Positions 41,560 through 51,684 of a stretch of DNA of 63,904 bases are shown one piece after another. Under the pieces are notes generated by a model. It saw nothing but the letters and a program-made list of their open reading frames with translations. It searched no databases and was not told the DNA's origin. The position numbers were made by a program, and so were the translations under genes. The stretch is from an uncultured Gemmatimonadota bacterium (GTDB taxonomy: Bacteria; SM23-81; DAOVCL01): the NCBI GenBank assembly GCA_964626665.1, contig CAZVGK010000019.1, positions 1-63,904 on the forward strand, in the 5' to 3' direction. Position 1 is the first letter of the stretch. Each line of letters begins with the position of its first letter.

Positions 41560-42738
41560 ATGGCCGTATATATCAGAAAGCTTGACCCCTCCCAGAAGCT
41601 GCGAGCCTTAGGGATGGGGGCCAAATTCGATGTCTCTGGTTACCCATCCCTGCTCTCGGCCAAGAGGAGGATGAGGTATAGCTTCATCTATCCGGCGGTG
41701 GGAAAGGGGGGGAGGCTCTTCCCCCTTTTTAAGGTCCTCCAATCCAATGCCTGTGTGGGGGACTGCTATTACTGTGCCAATCGCCAGGGCAGGGATTTCA
41801 GGAGGATAAAGTTCTCCCCTGAGGAGTTGGCCAGGCTCTTCATCCGCCACTATGAGGGGGGAGTTGCCCAAGGGCTCTTCCTCTCCTCGGCCATCTACGC
41901 CAAACCTGACCGGGTGGAGGAGGAGATGTTGGAGACGGTAAGGTTGGTGAGGGGTAAATATGGGTTTAAGGGCTATATCCATCTGAAGGTCATCCCGGGG
42001 GCCGATGCTCAGCTCATCGCCGAGGCGGCAAAGCTCGTCGATCGGCTCTCCCTCAACCTGGAGTCTCCAGGTCCAGCCCACCTCTCCCGCTTGAGCTCTT
42101 CCAAGGATTATTCCGGGCAGCTTATGGGTGGGTTGGAGAAGATAGTTAGCCTGCACCGAAAGTCTCCCCTTAAGGCTGGGGTGACTACCCAACTGGTGGT
42201 GGGTCCTTCTGGGGAGTCAGATAGGGAGCTGATGGAGCTTTCCCATCGGCTCTACAGGAGATGGGGGCTTTGGCGGGTCTATTACAGTGGCTTTACCCCG
42301 CTTAGGGATACCCCCTTCGAGGGCTTTCCCCCTTGCTCCAGGTGGAGGGAGGCCAGGCTCTATCAGGCTGATTTCCTTCTCCGCGGGTATGGGTTCTCCC
42401 CTGTGGAGCTTCCCTATGACAAGGAGGGAAACCTCCCGCGGGATGTGGACCCCAAGCTCGCTTGGGCTTTGGCCCACCCGGAGAGGTTCCCTGTGGAGGT
42501 GGGAACCGCCTCCCTTGAGGAACTCCTCAGGGTGCCAGGAATTGGGAGGATCTCCGCCCAAAGAATTGTGGAGTTGCGGAGAAAGGAAGGGATAGGTGGA
42601 TTGGTGGGGTTGAGGAAGATGGGGTTGGTTGTCAAGAGGGCACGCAATTTCATTACCATAAAGGGGAAGTTTTCGCCCTCCCCTTCCCAGGAGGAGAGGG
42701 CAGTTAATGAACAGCTCTTCCTTTGGGAGGAGCTTTAG
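41560..42738 (+). CDS. Putative DNA modification/repair radical SAM protein with HhH (TIGR03916-like)
   Basis: CxxxCxxC (CVGDCYYC), YIHLK, RE.RLYQADFLLRGYGF, DPKLAWAL, LLRVPGIG. Confidence 0.88.
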   Translation: MAVYIRKLDPSQKLRALGMGAKFDVSGYPSLLSAKRRMRYSFIYPAVGKGGRLFPLFKVLQSNACVGDCYYCANRQGRDFRRIKFSPEELARLFIRHYEGGVAQGLFLSSAIYAKPDRVEEEMLETVRLVRGKYGFKGYIHLKVIPGADAQLIAEAAKLVDRLSLNLESPGPAHLSRLSSSKDYSGQLMGGLEKIVSLHRKSPLKAGVTTQLVVGPSGESDRELMELSHRLYRRWGLWRVYYSGFTPLRDTPFEGFPPCSRWREARLYQADFLLRGYGFSPVELPYDKEGNLPRDVDPKLAWALAHPERFPVEVGTASLEELLRVPGIGRISAQRIVELRRKEGIGGLVGLRKMGLVVKRARNFITIKGKFSPSPSQEERAVNEQLFLWEEL

Positions 42739-42741
42739 CGC

Positions 42742-42962
42742 GAATTTTTCATAAACTGGCAAACGAATTAGCTTAACTTTTTCAAGGTTAACGATTTATG
42801 TATTTGTTTGTAGGGGCAGACATTTATGTCTGTCCGCCCCTTCGGACTCCGATAAGTCGGAGTTCCTCCATCAAGAATGTCCTTCTACAAAGGGATAGAT
42901 CGGGTTAGACGGGGTTGACAAAATATGCAAAAATCCTGTTAATCTTGTTATCCTGTCAGATA
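42742..42962. repeat. Composite REP-containing element, copy 2
   Basis: Homologous to 27968-28097. Both loci are followed by GAC(A/G)GG..AAATCCTGT..ATCCTGTCAGA. Confidence 0.7.
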
Positions 42963-43008
42963 AGTTTGTATAGAGATTCTGGTATCCCCTCAAAATTGTG
43001 GAGGAGGT

Positions 43009-43497
43009 ATGTTAGAGAAAAGCGGCATTCCCGCCGCAGAGGATTTGATTAGGGTTATCCCCTCTGAGGAGAGACTGGCCCAGGGAGCGGTGGCCATCAT
43101 CGAATGCTTCCAGGCAATCCCCTGCGATCCTTGTTATGATTGGTGCAAGAGGGGGGCCATAAAGGAGTTTAAGAGCCCTACTGATCTGCCCCAGATAGAC
43201 TACCAGAAGTGTAATGGCTGCGCACTCTGCGTGATCGGCTGTCCCGGTTTGGCCATATTTGTTGTGGACAGGACATATTCAAAGGAGAGAGCCCTGATAA
43301 AACTTCCCTATGAATTCCTTCCCCTGCCTGAAAAGGGGGAGGTGGTGCAGGCCTTGAACAGGGAAGGGGAGGTTGTGGGAGAGGCAGAGGTCTTAAAGGT
43401 CCAGCCAACGAAGCAGAAGACGACCCTCATTTCGCTTTTGGTCCCCCAGAAGCTGGCTATGGAGGTGAGATTCTTCAGGAGGAAGGGAAATGGATGA
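43009..43497 (+). CDS. 4Fe-4S ferredoxin subunit
   Basis: C....PCDPC...C and CNGCALCVIGCPG. Confidence 0.88.
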   Translation: MLEKSGIPAAEDLIRVIPSEERLAQGAVAIIECFQAIPCDPCYDWCKRGAIKEFKSPTDLPQIDYQKCNGCALCVIGCPGLAIFVVDRTYSKERALIKLPYEFLPLPEKGEVVQALNREGEVVGEAEVLKVQPTKQKTTLISLLVPQKLAMEVRFFRRKGNG

Positions 43498-43762
43498 GGA
43501 GACGATCATCTGCCGCTGTGAGGACCTCACCCTCAAGGATATTAGGGAGGCGATAAGCCAGGGCTACACCACCTTGGAGGAGATCAAAAGGGCAACCCGC
43601 TGCGGGATGGGTCCCTGCCAGGGGCGCACCTGCCTCCCCCTGGTGGCCGCAGAGCTGGCCCGGGCCACGGGCAAGAGGATAGAGGAGATCCTGCCCTGCA
43701 CCGTTCGCCCTCCCCTGATGCCCCTAAAGCTGGGGACTATCGCGGGAGCTACCGATGGTTGA
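43490..43762 (+). CDS. BFD-like (2Fe-2S) subunit
   Basis: ICRCED, TRCGMGPCQGRTC, RPP. Confidence 0.9.
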   Translation: MDEETIICRCEDLTLKDIREAISQGYTTLEEIKRATRCGMGPCQGRTCLPLVAAELARATGKRIEEILPCTVRPPLMPLKLGTIAGATDG

Positions 43763-44900
43763 GGGGGCAGAGGTAGTCATCATCGGAGGGGGAGTTATCG
43801 GCTCTTCTATAGCCTATTATTTGGCTAAGGAGGGCTGTGAGGATGTGATCATCTTGGAGAGGGAGTATCCCACCTGGGGGGCTTCAGGCAGGTGTGGGGC
43901 AGGGATCAGGCAGCAATGGGGAACGGAGATGAACTGTAGGCTGGCCAAGGGGAGCGTGGATCTCTTTGAAGGCCTTTCCGCTGAGCTGGACTATGATATA
44001 GAATTTGCCCCAGGGGGGTACCTCGTCTTGGCCACCAGCCAGGCCCAGCTTGAGCAATATAGGAGAAATGTGATTCTGCAGAACAGCCTGGGTATCCCCT
44101 CCAAGATTATCACCCCCCAGGAGGCCAGGGAGATTGTCCCCATCCTGAGGACCGATGGCCTTCCGGGGGCGGCCTACTGTCCCACCGATGGCCATGCCAA
44201 TCCCTTTAAGACAAACCTGGCCTTCCTGCGGGCTGCCCAGAGGTTGGGTGTAAGGCTCTACAAGTTTACCGAGGCAAAGGGGATCGAGGTAAGGGGAGGG
44301 AAGGTGCGTGGGGTGCTTACCTCTCAGGGAAGGATAGAGACCTCTAAGGTCGTAGATGCCGCCGGGGGATATTCGGCCCGGGTGGGGAAGATGGCTGGAT
44401 TGGAGATTCCCACCTTTTCGGAGCGCCATCAGATAATGGTTACCGAGCCTTTGGATTGGCTCTTCGATCCAATGGTCATCTCCTTTACCAGCGGGCTCTA
44501 CTGTCAGCAGGTTCCGCCGGGAAGTATCCTGATGGGGATGGGGGATCCGGATGAGCCGCATAGCCATAATATCACCTCCTCCTGGCAATTTCTGCGGAAA
44601 ATGGCTAAGGAGGTGCTCAAGGTCCTGCCGATGTTGAGGGAGGTGAGGGTGGTAAGACAATGGGCTGGTCTCTACAACAAGACCCCTGATGCCCAACCCA
44701 TCTTAGGGGAAGCAGAGAGGGTTAAGGGGTTCTATATGGCTGTTGGTTTCAGCGGACATGGGTTTATGATCTCCCCGATGGTGGGGGTTACCCTGGCTCG
44801 GCTCTTGATGGGGCAGAGCTCCCCTGTCTCTGTGGAACGGTTGAGCTTGGAGAGGTTTGAAAGGGGAGAGCTAATCATTGAACCGTCGGTAGTTGGCTAA
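43755..44900 (+). CDS. FAD-dependent amino-acid oxidoreductase (proline dehydrogenase/sarcosine oxidase beta-like)
   Basis: GGGVIG, GASGRCGAGIRQQW, RQWAGLY..TPD, GFSGHGFM. Confidence 0.9.
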   Translation: MVEGAEVVIIGGGVIGSSIAYYLAKEGCEDVIILEREYPTWGASGRCGAGIRQQWGTEMNCRLAKGSVDLFEGLSAELDYDIEFAPGGYLVLATSQAQLEQYRRNVILQNSLGIPSKIITPQEAREIVPILRTDGLPGAAYCPTDGHANPFKTNLAFLRAAQRLGVRLYKFTEAKGIEVRGGKVRGVLTSQGRIETSKVVDAAGGYSARVGKMAGLEIPTFSERHQIMVTEPLDWLFDPMVISFTSGLYCQQVPPGSILMGMGDPDEPHSHNITSSWQFLRKMAKEVLKVLPMLREVRVVRQWAGLYNKTPDAQPILGEAERVKGFYMAVGFSGHGFMISPMVGVTLARLLMGQSSPVSVERLSLERFERGELIIEPSVVG

Positions 44901-45814
44901 TGATTGTGGCGGGGATCGACCTTGGGACGAATTCAGCCCTCCTCCTGGTGGCCCAGGCAGAAGGGGGTAGAATTACCCCTCTTCTGGAGGAGGAGAGGGA
45001 GATAAGGATTGGGGAGGGGTTGAGCCGCGGGGGGACACTGCGCAAGGATGCTATGGAGAGGGCCATAAGGGCCCTCTCCGAGTTTAGGGGGAGAGCTCAG
45101 AGGTTGGGGGCAGAGAAGGTGATCCTGGCCGGGACTAGTGCCCTGCGGGAAGCAAAGAACCGAGGGGAGTTTCTGGGTCTTCTGCAGGAGAGGCTCAATG
45201 GGGAGCTTTCCGTTCTCCGCCCTCGGGAGGAGGCCGAGTTGAGCTTTCATGGGGCCCTCTATGGGCTGGAAGGCCTTGACTCCCCGGTCCTAATGGCCGA
45301 CATCGGTGGGGGAAGCACGGAGCTTGTCCAGGGGGATGAGGGAAAGATCGCCAAGTGGAGGAGTCTTTCCTTGGGTGGGGTGAGGCTCACCGAAGGGTAT
45401 ATCTATTCGGATCCCATCAGCCAGGGGAATCTGGAGAATTTGAATGGAGAGATTTTGAAAAGGTTTCAAGGTTCAAGCTCTGATTTTTCCTCTAAGGGGG
45501 TGTTGGTAGGAGTAGGGGGGACGATCACTACCTTGGCGGCAATGGATATGGGGATGGCCCACTACGATGCGCAATTGGTTCACGGCTACAAGCTCAGCCT
45601 CTCTGCGGTGAGCTCGATATTCGCTAAGCTAAAGAGGTCTACTCTGGCTCAGAGGAGACGAATGATTGGCTTATCCCCGAAAAGGGCGGAGATAATCCTG
45701 GCCGGGGCAGCAATCTGCCTCAAGCTGATGGAGTTTCTCTCCCGGGCTGAGATATTGGTGAGCAGCCGGGGACTGAGATGGGGGCTTGTTTTGCAGGAGT
45801 TGGTTAAGGGTTGA
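44900..45814 (+). CDS. ppx: Ppx/GppA phosphatase
   Basis: IDLGTNS, TSALREA.N, EEA, DIGGGSTE, GVGGT, GLRWG. Confidence 0.9.
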   Translation: MIVAGIDLGTNSALLLVAQAEGGRITPLLEEEREIRIGEGLSRGGTLRKDAMERAIRALSEFRGRAQRLGAEKVILAGTSALREAKNRGEFLGLLQERLNGELSVLRPREEAELSFHGALYGLEGLDSPVLMADIGGGSTELVQGDEGKIAKWRSLSLGGVRLTEGYIYSDPISQGNLENLNGEILKRFQGSSSDFSSKGVLVGVGGTITTLAAMDMGMAHYDAQLVHGYKLSLSAVSSIFAKLKRSTLAQRRRMIGLSPKRAEIILAGAAICLKLMEFLSRAEILVSSRGLRWGLVLQELVKG

Positions 45815-45835
45815 CCAAGGTCGAGGGACAATTTC

Positions 45836-45931
45836 GTAGGGACAGACATTTATGTCTGTCCGATTGCTTCCGAATTTCGCAGGGGGGGGCAGAATCCCTG
45901 TTCTGCCCCGGTCGGATCAGGGGATCTGACC
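45836..45931. repeat. GTAG-REP copy plus family E copy
   Basis: GTAGGGACAGACATTTATGTCTGTCC identical to 28036-28061; family E at 45885-45931. Confidence 0.8.
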
Positions 45932-45969
45932 TATGATCCGAGTGAGCCATTTAAGAGAGGAGGAAGGAG

Positions 45970-47538
45970 ATGGGGGTGAGAATTTTTCTGGTTGGGTTGT
46001 TTCTATTGCTTGGGTGGGGAGGTGTAGAGGCTAGAACCACTGAGGGTTATCTAAAAGAGGCAAAGAGCCTTGAGCAAAAGGGGAAGATAGAGCAGGCCAT
46101 CAAATTGATGAGGGAGGCGGTAGCCTCCGACTCAGCTAATGCCACCGCCTGGGCCTACTTGGGCCTCTATTTAGGGGAGAGCGCTGGGAGTTCCCAGGAT
46201 ATGATGTTTCAAGCCGCCCGCACCTCTCAGTCCTTCCAGGCCCTTGATCGCTCCTTAGGCCTTGACTCCCTGAATGTGTATGGTCTTTTCCATCGGGGGC
46301 TTATGGGGGTGAAAGTCCCCATCTTCTTAGGAAAGTTGGATCAGGGGATAAAGGATCTGGAGAGGTTGGTGCACCTGCCAGGAGATATGGTATCTGAGGA
46401 TCTGCTTCCCTCGGCCTATAACTTCTTAGGGGAGGGCTACCAGAAGAAGGGGAATAAGGAAAAGGCTAAAAAGGTCTGGGAGAAGCTGATCGAGCTTGCC
46501 CCGGACTCTAAGGAGGCTGAGGAGGCCAAAGAGAGTTTGAGTTCACTGGGGTCTCCTCCATCGAAGGGGAAACAGAAGAGGACCGAAGGAGAGGCCATAG
46601 AGAGGGCCGAACTTCTTATGGCCCAAGGGGAATATGAGGAGGCAAAGGAGATGCTCTTGGAGGCTGTTGAGGCCGACTCCGCCAATGCGCAGGCCGAGGC
46701 CCTCTTGGGTTTGGCCTATATCCAGATGGCGAGAAGGGGTTATGATGAGAGGATCGCCCAGGATACAAACTATCGTATTGGCCTCTGTGCCCAGGCCTTT
46801 GCCCACCTGGACAAAGCGGTGTGGTTAGCTCCAGAGAACTTGCAAATCAGGCTGCTCCGGGGGATAACAGAGGCCAATTCCCCGGCCTTTTTGGGCAGGG
46901 GTAAACAGGCAATTGAGGATCTGAGGATAGTGGCAGATGGAGCTGTCCCCGATTCTACCAAGGCCCAGGCCCTCTACTACCTGGGTTATGTCTACAAAGT
47001 AAAGGCCCTTTCCCTCTGGGGCGAGGTGACCGACAAATATCCCCAATCGGGGCCAGCCCAGCAAATCTATGACCAGATGTCCCCTCCCCAGGAGCCCGAT
47101 TTCCCCTCCGGCCCAAAGGTGGTAATCAGCTTCTGGCTGGGCTATCAGGATCAGTTGCCCCCTCAGACCGCCGTCTGGGTAGAGGATTCAAAGGGAAGGT
47201 TTGTGCGCAATATCTATGTCTCTGGCTTCGCTGGGTGGGTTGGTAAGAAGCAGATCACCCTTCCCCAATGGGGAAAGGCCTCCAACTTTCGGGCCGATGC
47301 GGCCACTGGAGCAAGCATTGACTGGGGGAAGCATACCTTTGGCTGGGATTTGAAGGATGGCTCTGGGAAGATTATGAAGAAGGGGAGATATACAATCAAG
47401 GTGGAAGTGCAGCACTGGCCCAGCATCCATCACGGCCTGGCCTCAGCCCAGATAGAGGTGGGTAAGAAGAAGAAAAAGATAGTTGTTCATCAACCCCCCT
47501 TCATCCCCATTCTGGAAGTGACCTACTTGCCCAAGTAG
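45970..47538 (+). CDS. Exported TPR protein with C-terminal DUF2271-like domain
   Basis: Signal peptide, two duplicated TPR blocks (DSANA motif twice), AVWVED..G..V..IYV...W...DAATGAS...WD. Confidence 0.7.
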   Translation: MGVRIFLVGLFLLLGWGGVEARTTEGYLKEAKSLEQKGKIEQAIKLMREAVASDSANATAWAYLGLYLGESAGSSQDMMFQAARTSQSFQALDRSLGLDSLNVYGLFHRGLMGVKVPIFLGKLDQGIKDLERLVHLPGDMVSEDLLPSAYNFLGEGYQKKGNKEKAKKVWEKLIELAPDSKEAEEAKESLSSLGSPPSKGKQKRTEGEAIERAELLMAQGEYEEAKEMLLEAVEADSANAQAEALLGLAYIQMARRGYDERIAQDTNYRIGLCAQAFAHLDKAVWLAPENLQIRLLRGITEANSPAFLGRGKQAIEDLRIVADGAVPDSTKAQALYYLGYVYKVKALSLWGEVTDKYPQSGPAQQIYDQMSPPQEPDFPSGPKVVISFWLGYQDQLPPQTAVWVEDSKGRFVRNIYVSGFAGWVGKKQITLPQWGKASNFRADAATGASIDWGKHTFGWDLKDGSGKIMKKGRYTIKVEVQHWPSIHHGLASAQIEVGKKKKKIVVHQPPFIPILEVTYLPK

Positions 47539-47606
47539 GGGAGACCCCACCGGAATCCCTTGACTTTCCAGGCTAAAATCAGTATGTTCTCCTTAGCCCT
47601 GGGGAA

Positions 47607-47849
47607 ATGGAGAAGAAGGTGATTCGAGAATCTAAACTGCTACGAGAATTTGAGAACGCGCAACTCCGCGGGAGGCCTGTGGACTACCGGGAAAATCTCA
47701 GGATTGTAGAGACCCTGTATCAGGAAGCCCGTGCCCTGAAGGCGTTTCCGCCGAGCAATCCTTTAGATGGAATTGAGGTGGATCTCCAGTTGGCGAGGGT
47801 CATAAATGTTTACACGAATTCTCAAACAGATCGCCAGAGCACTCGATAG
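47607..47849 (+). CDS. Small antitoxin-like protein
   Basis: Own TTGACT-17-TATGTT promoter; LYQEA..L..FP..NPLDGIEVD; overlaps a truncated partner. Confidence 0.55.
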   Translation: MEKKVIRESKLLREFENAQLRGRPVDYRENLRIVETLYQEARALKAFPPSNPLDGIEVDLQLARVINVYTNSQTDRQSTR

Positions 47850-47871
47850 GGCGCGAATTCCCTCCCGGTGA
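47806..47871 (+). pseudogene. Truncated nucleotidyltransferase-like toxin N-terminus
   Basis: MFTRILKQIARALDRARIP followed by a stop just before the defence island. Confidence 0.45.
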
Positions 47872-48036
47872 CCTATATGCCGGAGGAGTATGTTCTCTTT
47901 GGCTTTGGATATGATTTTCAGAACCCAGAATACGGCAGAAGGATATTCTCGGTCATAAGGCGAAATTCACGATCTGGTTTGTGAATACAATAGACAGGCT
48001 AAATAGTAGCGTCATAAGGAAACAGAGGATTCCAGG

Positions 48037-51000
48037 ATGAATAACGTTGAAAATCGGGTATATGAGTCGCTAACAAACCTCAAAAGCCCAGACAAGCTGA
48101 CAGAACTGTTCTGCTCTAACTTTCTCCTCAATTATGAATATAGTGGACATGTAGTGTCTCACCGTGGTTGGAAAGAGCGAATAACAGACTCGATCCATAA
48201 TTTTCAGCTTGTTGGCACACACGACGACTTTCATATCATCTTTTGTGAAGTAGATCGTCTTTTGCTTGGCACTGAGAGACCTATTATAAATCAATTGTTG
48301 AAAGAGCACCCCTATTGTCTTGTTGTCTTCTCCGATCCTTCCCACCTGAACTGGCACTTTGTGAATGTCAAGTATGATGAGGAAGTCAAAAACCGTCGCC
48401 TTTTCCGGCGAATAGTCATCGGTCCCGACGAGCGACTTCACACAGCGGCTCAAAGAATTAGCATGCTTGATGTGGCTGATGAGCGCATGACGGCGTTAGA
48501 CTTACAAGAACTCCATGATGAAGCTTTCGATGTAGAGAAGGTCACAAAGGATTTTCACAGCGCTTACAAAAACTTGTTCAACGAAGCCATTAAGAGAATC
48601 CGGGGGAGGGAGAGTTATGATAATGCCCACAAGTTTACCCACCTCCTCTTCAATCGACTGATGTTCCTCTACTTCATCCAGCGTAAAGGTTGGCTGAGAG
48701 CTATAGCAGGCGAAAGTCCTGACCAGGAGTTTATTCACAACCTATGGAAGTATTACAAAACAAAGGGGGAAAAGCGATCTCATAATTTCTATCGGGACTG
48801 GTTGAAGCCTCTGTTTTTCGATGCGATGAAGAATCCCAGGAAACATGGTTTCAAATACAGCCGACATTTAGCTCCAGAGTTGCTGAAAGTGTTTCTCGAT
48901 ATGCCCTACTTGAATGGTGGCCTTTTTCAGGAGGACGATGAGGTAGATTATATAGATTTTCAGGTCGAAGATGGCATCTTCAAGGAATTAATTGGGAAGG
49001 ACGGTTTACTACAGAGGTATAATTTTACTGTTCGTGAAGACCTTCCATTGGACATTGAGGTGGCTTTGGACCATGATATGCTGGGTGCGGTATATGAAAG
49101 CGTAGTGAATGAAGAGGAGCGAGGTGAGGGAGGGATGTTTTATACCCCCAGGACCGAAGTGGATTTTATGTGCCGTTCAAGCCTGATCCAGTATTTGGAT
49201 GGTTTTGGGATACTCCCTCAGGAAGAACTCATTCGATTTGTGATGAATGCTGATTATCCTGACGAAGTACCTGATGTAGATCCCAGCGAATTGCTCAAAA
49301 TACGGGACCGCATCCATGAAGTGAAGGTGGTTGACCCTGCTTGTGGGTCCGGTGCTTTTCTGGTGGGGATGCTGAAAGTCCTGTCTGGCGTACTTCGGAC
49401 TATACACGAGAAATCGGGTGAGCCGTTGGATATGTTTAACGAAAGACGGCGGATGATCGGGGAGAACCTTTACGGAGTGGACATCAAGTCGTGGGCAGTA
49501 AAAATAGCTGAGCTCCGTTTGTGGTTGACTCTTATAATTGAGGCTGATGAAGAAAAACTCGCTCTGAGGAATAAACCATTACTTCCCAATCTGGACTACA
49601 ATATCCTTCAGGGGGATTCCTTAGTTGAGGAGATTGTACCAGGAAAGAAGTTGGTGCTCCGCAGCCAGTATTCAGACCTTCATTTCTCGCCCCGCATCAA
49701 ACGACAGATCACCGAAATTCAGAAGCTGAAAAGTGCGTATTATGAAGGCAAGCCAGAGGTAACAAAGCTGGAGATCGAGTCGAAGAAGCAAAATTTTCTG
49801 CGTGGTTTTTTTATCGAGGAGCAGCAGCGTTTACAGAAGGAGATGATTCGTCTGCGTCGAGGACCTGAGCCGAAAGCTGAACAGAGCGTGATGGATTTTG
49901 CCCGCAGACTTGAACAAGCTCGATTGGAACTACGGGAGAGCGAGGAAGAACAGACACAGCGGGAAAAGAAAATTGCTGAACTGGAGAGACAGTTTCATGA
50001 CTATCAGCGTATGGCTGGGGAATTTTCGACGATGGGAACAAAGGGCTATTTTCTCTGGGACCTGGATTTTGCCGAGGTGTTCTACCAGCGGGGCGGGTTC
50101 GATGTGGTGATCGGCAATCCGCCTTATGTAAGGCAGGAGGGGATTGCGCCGCCTACCAAACACAAAGGAGATTACGATGCGGATACCTGGCGGGAGATGA
50201 AGCGGGAATACAAGGAGAAACTCATAGAGTCGGTGAGTCTGCACTGGAAGGGTTTGAAAAAAAATCGAAAGTGCGATCTCTACATCTATTTTTACCTACA
50301 CGGTCTGGCGCTTCTGAGGCCTGGGGGAACCTTTTGCTTCATTACCTCCAATTCCTGGTTGGATGTGGGCTATGGCGCGGTACTGCAGCAGTTTCTGTTG
50401 GAGAATATCGAGGTGAATGCCATTGTTGACAACCGGGCCAAGCGGTCGTTTGCTTCAGCGGATGTAAACACGGTGATCAGCCTGTTCCGGAGGCCGAAAA
50501 GCCGCAAGGATTGGCTGCAAACGAGGGAGAATCATTTAGCCAGGTTCGTGACCTTCAACAAGCCGTTTGAAGCCTGTCTGACTGCAGATAATTTGGCGAA
50601 GATCTTCGCGGCGCCGGAGGTGGTGAAGGAGGAGGACTTTCGGGTGTATCCCATCTCGCAGGGGGACCTGTTTCAGGAAGGGGCGGCGAAGGAGGAGAAG
50701 CCGCAGGCCAAGATGATCACCGGCAGGATGGAGGGGAAATACGCCGGTGGGAAGTGGGGTGGGAAGTATTTGCGGGCGCCTGATATTCTTTATACTATTC
50801 TGGAAAAGGGGAAGAGCAGGTTCTCACTCCTTGGACAAGTAGCAAATGTTCGACCGGGCTGCTATGCTGGTATAAATGATTTCTTCTACCTAACAGCATC
50901 TCAAGCTAGAGAGCTTGGAATTGAAGAACAATTTCTGTTTCCAATTATTCGGTCACCACGGGAGGTAACGAAACTTGCTCTTTCCTCTACCGATATAGAT

Positions 51001-51682
51001 TACGTGGTTTTCTATTGTCCTTTAACCAAACAAAACCTGCGAAAGCAAGGGTACATTGGTGCTTTAGAGTATATTAAATGGGGTGAAGGACAAGTCACCA
51101 GAAAGCGACAGAAGACTGCTGCTGGAGTACCTTGGCCTGAGACAGAAACAGTCAAGCGGAGATCACCTGGTTGGTGGGCAATTCCTAATCAAAGCGTAGA
51201 AACTACAAGAAACTTTCTGCTCTATGTAATTAGGAGACCGATTTATAGCACCCTGGTCAGACGCACCTGTAGTTTCAGACCGGTGCTTTCACAGAATTTT
51301 TCCAAAGAATAGGGAAACACTAGTTTTTGCAGCAGCTCTTAACTGCTCATTAACCTTCTTATTCATAGCTTTATTTGGTCGATCAAATCTTGGCATGGGA
51401 GCTGAAAAATATGAAACCACAGACGCTAAACGTTTGCTAATAATTGCCCCTGACATTCTGAAACAGGTATCCAACGATTTGTTTGTAGTTCTTGAAAAAC
51501 TTGGTAGAAGGCCTGTTCTCTCAGTGACAGATGAGATACGACAACCCGACCGCCGTGCCCTCGACCACATCATCTTCGACATCCTTGGCCTCACGCAGGG
51601 CGAACGGGATGCAGTGTATGAGGCGGTGGTGGATTTGGTGCAGGCGAGGCTGGAGAAGGCGAGGAGTGTGAAAGGGTCGTAA
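48037..51682 (+). pseudogene. Type IIG/Eco57I-like N6-adenine DNA methyltransferase with TRD, frameshifted at about 51231
   Basis: YLNGGLF, FYTPR, DPACGSGAF, GNPPY, DLY, SNSWLDVGYG. A +1 shift continues as GDRFIAP...GRSNLGMGAEK... into ORF 51395-51682. Confidence 0.88.
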
Positions 51683-51684
51683 CC

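Noticed and set aside
43884-44696. Long antisense/alternate-frame ORFs (e.g. 270 aa here, 30884-31525, 41608-42192)
   Set aside because: Shadows of well-supported genes, with no recognisable motifs.
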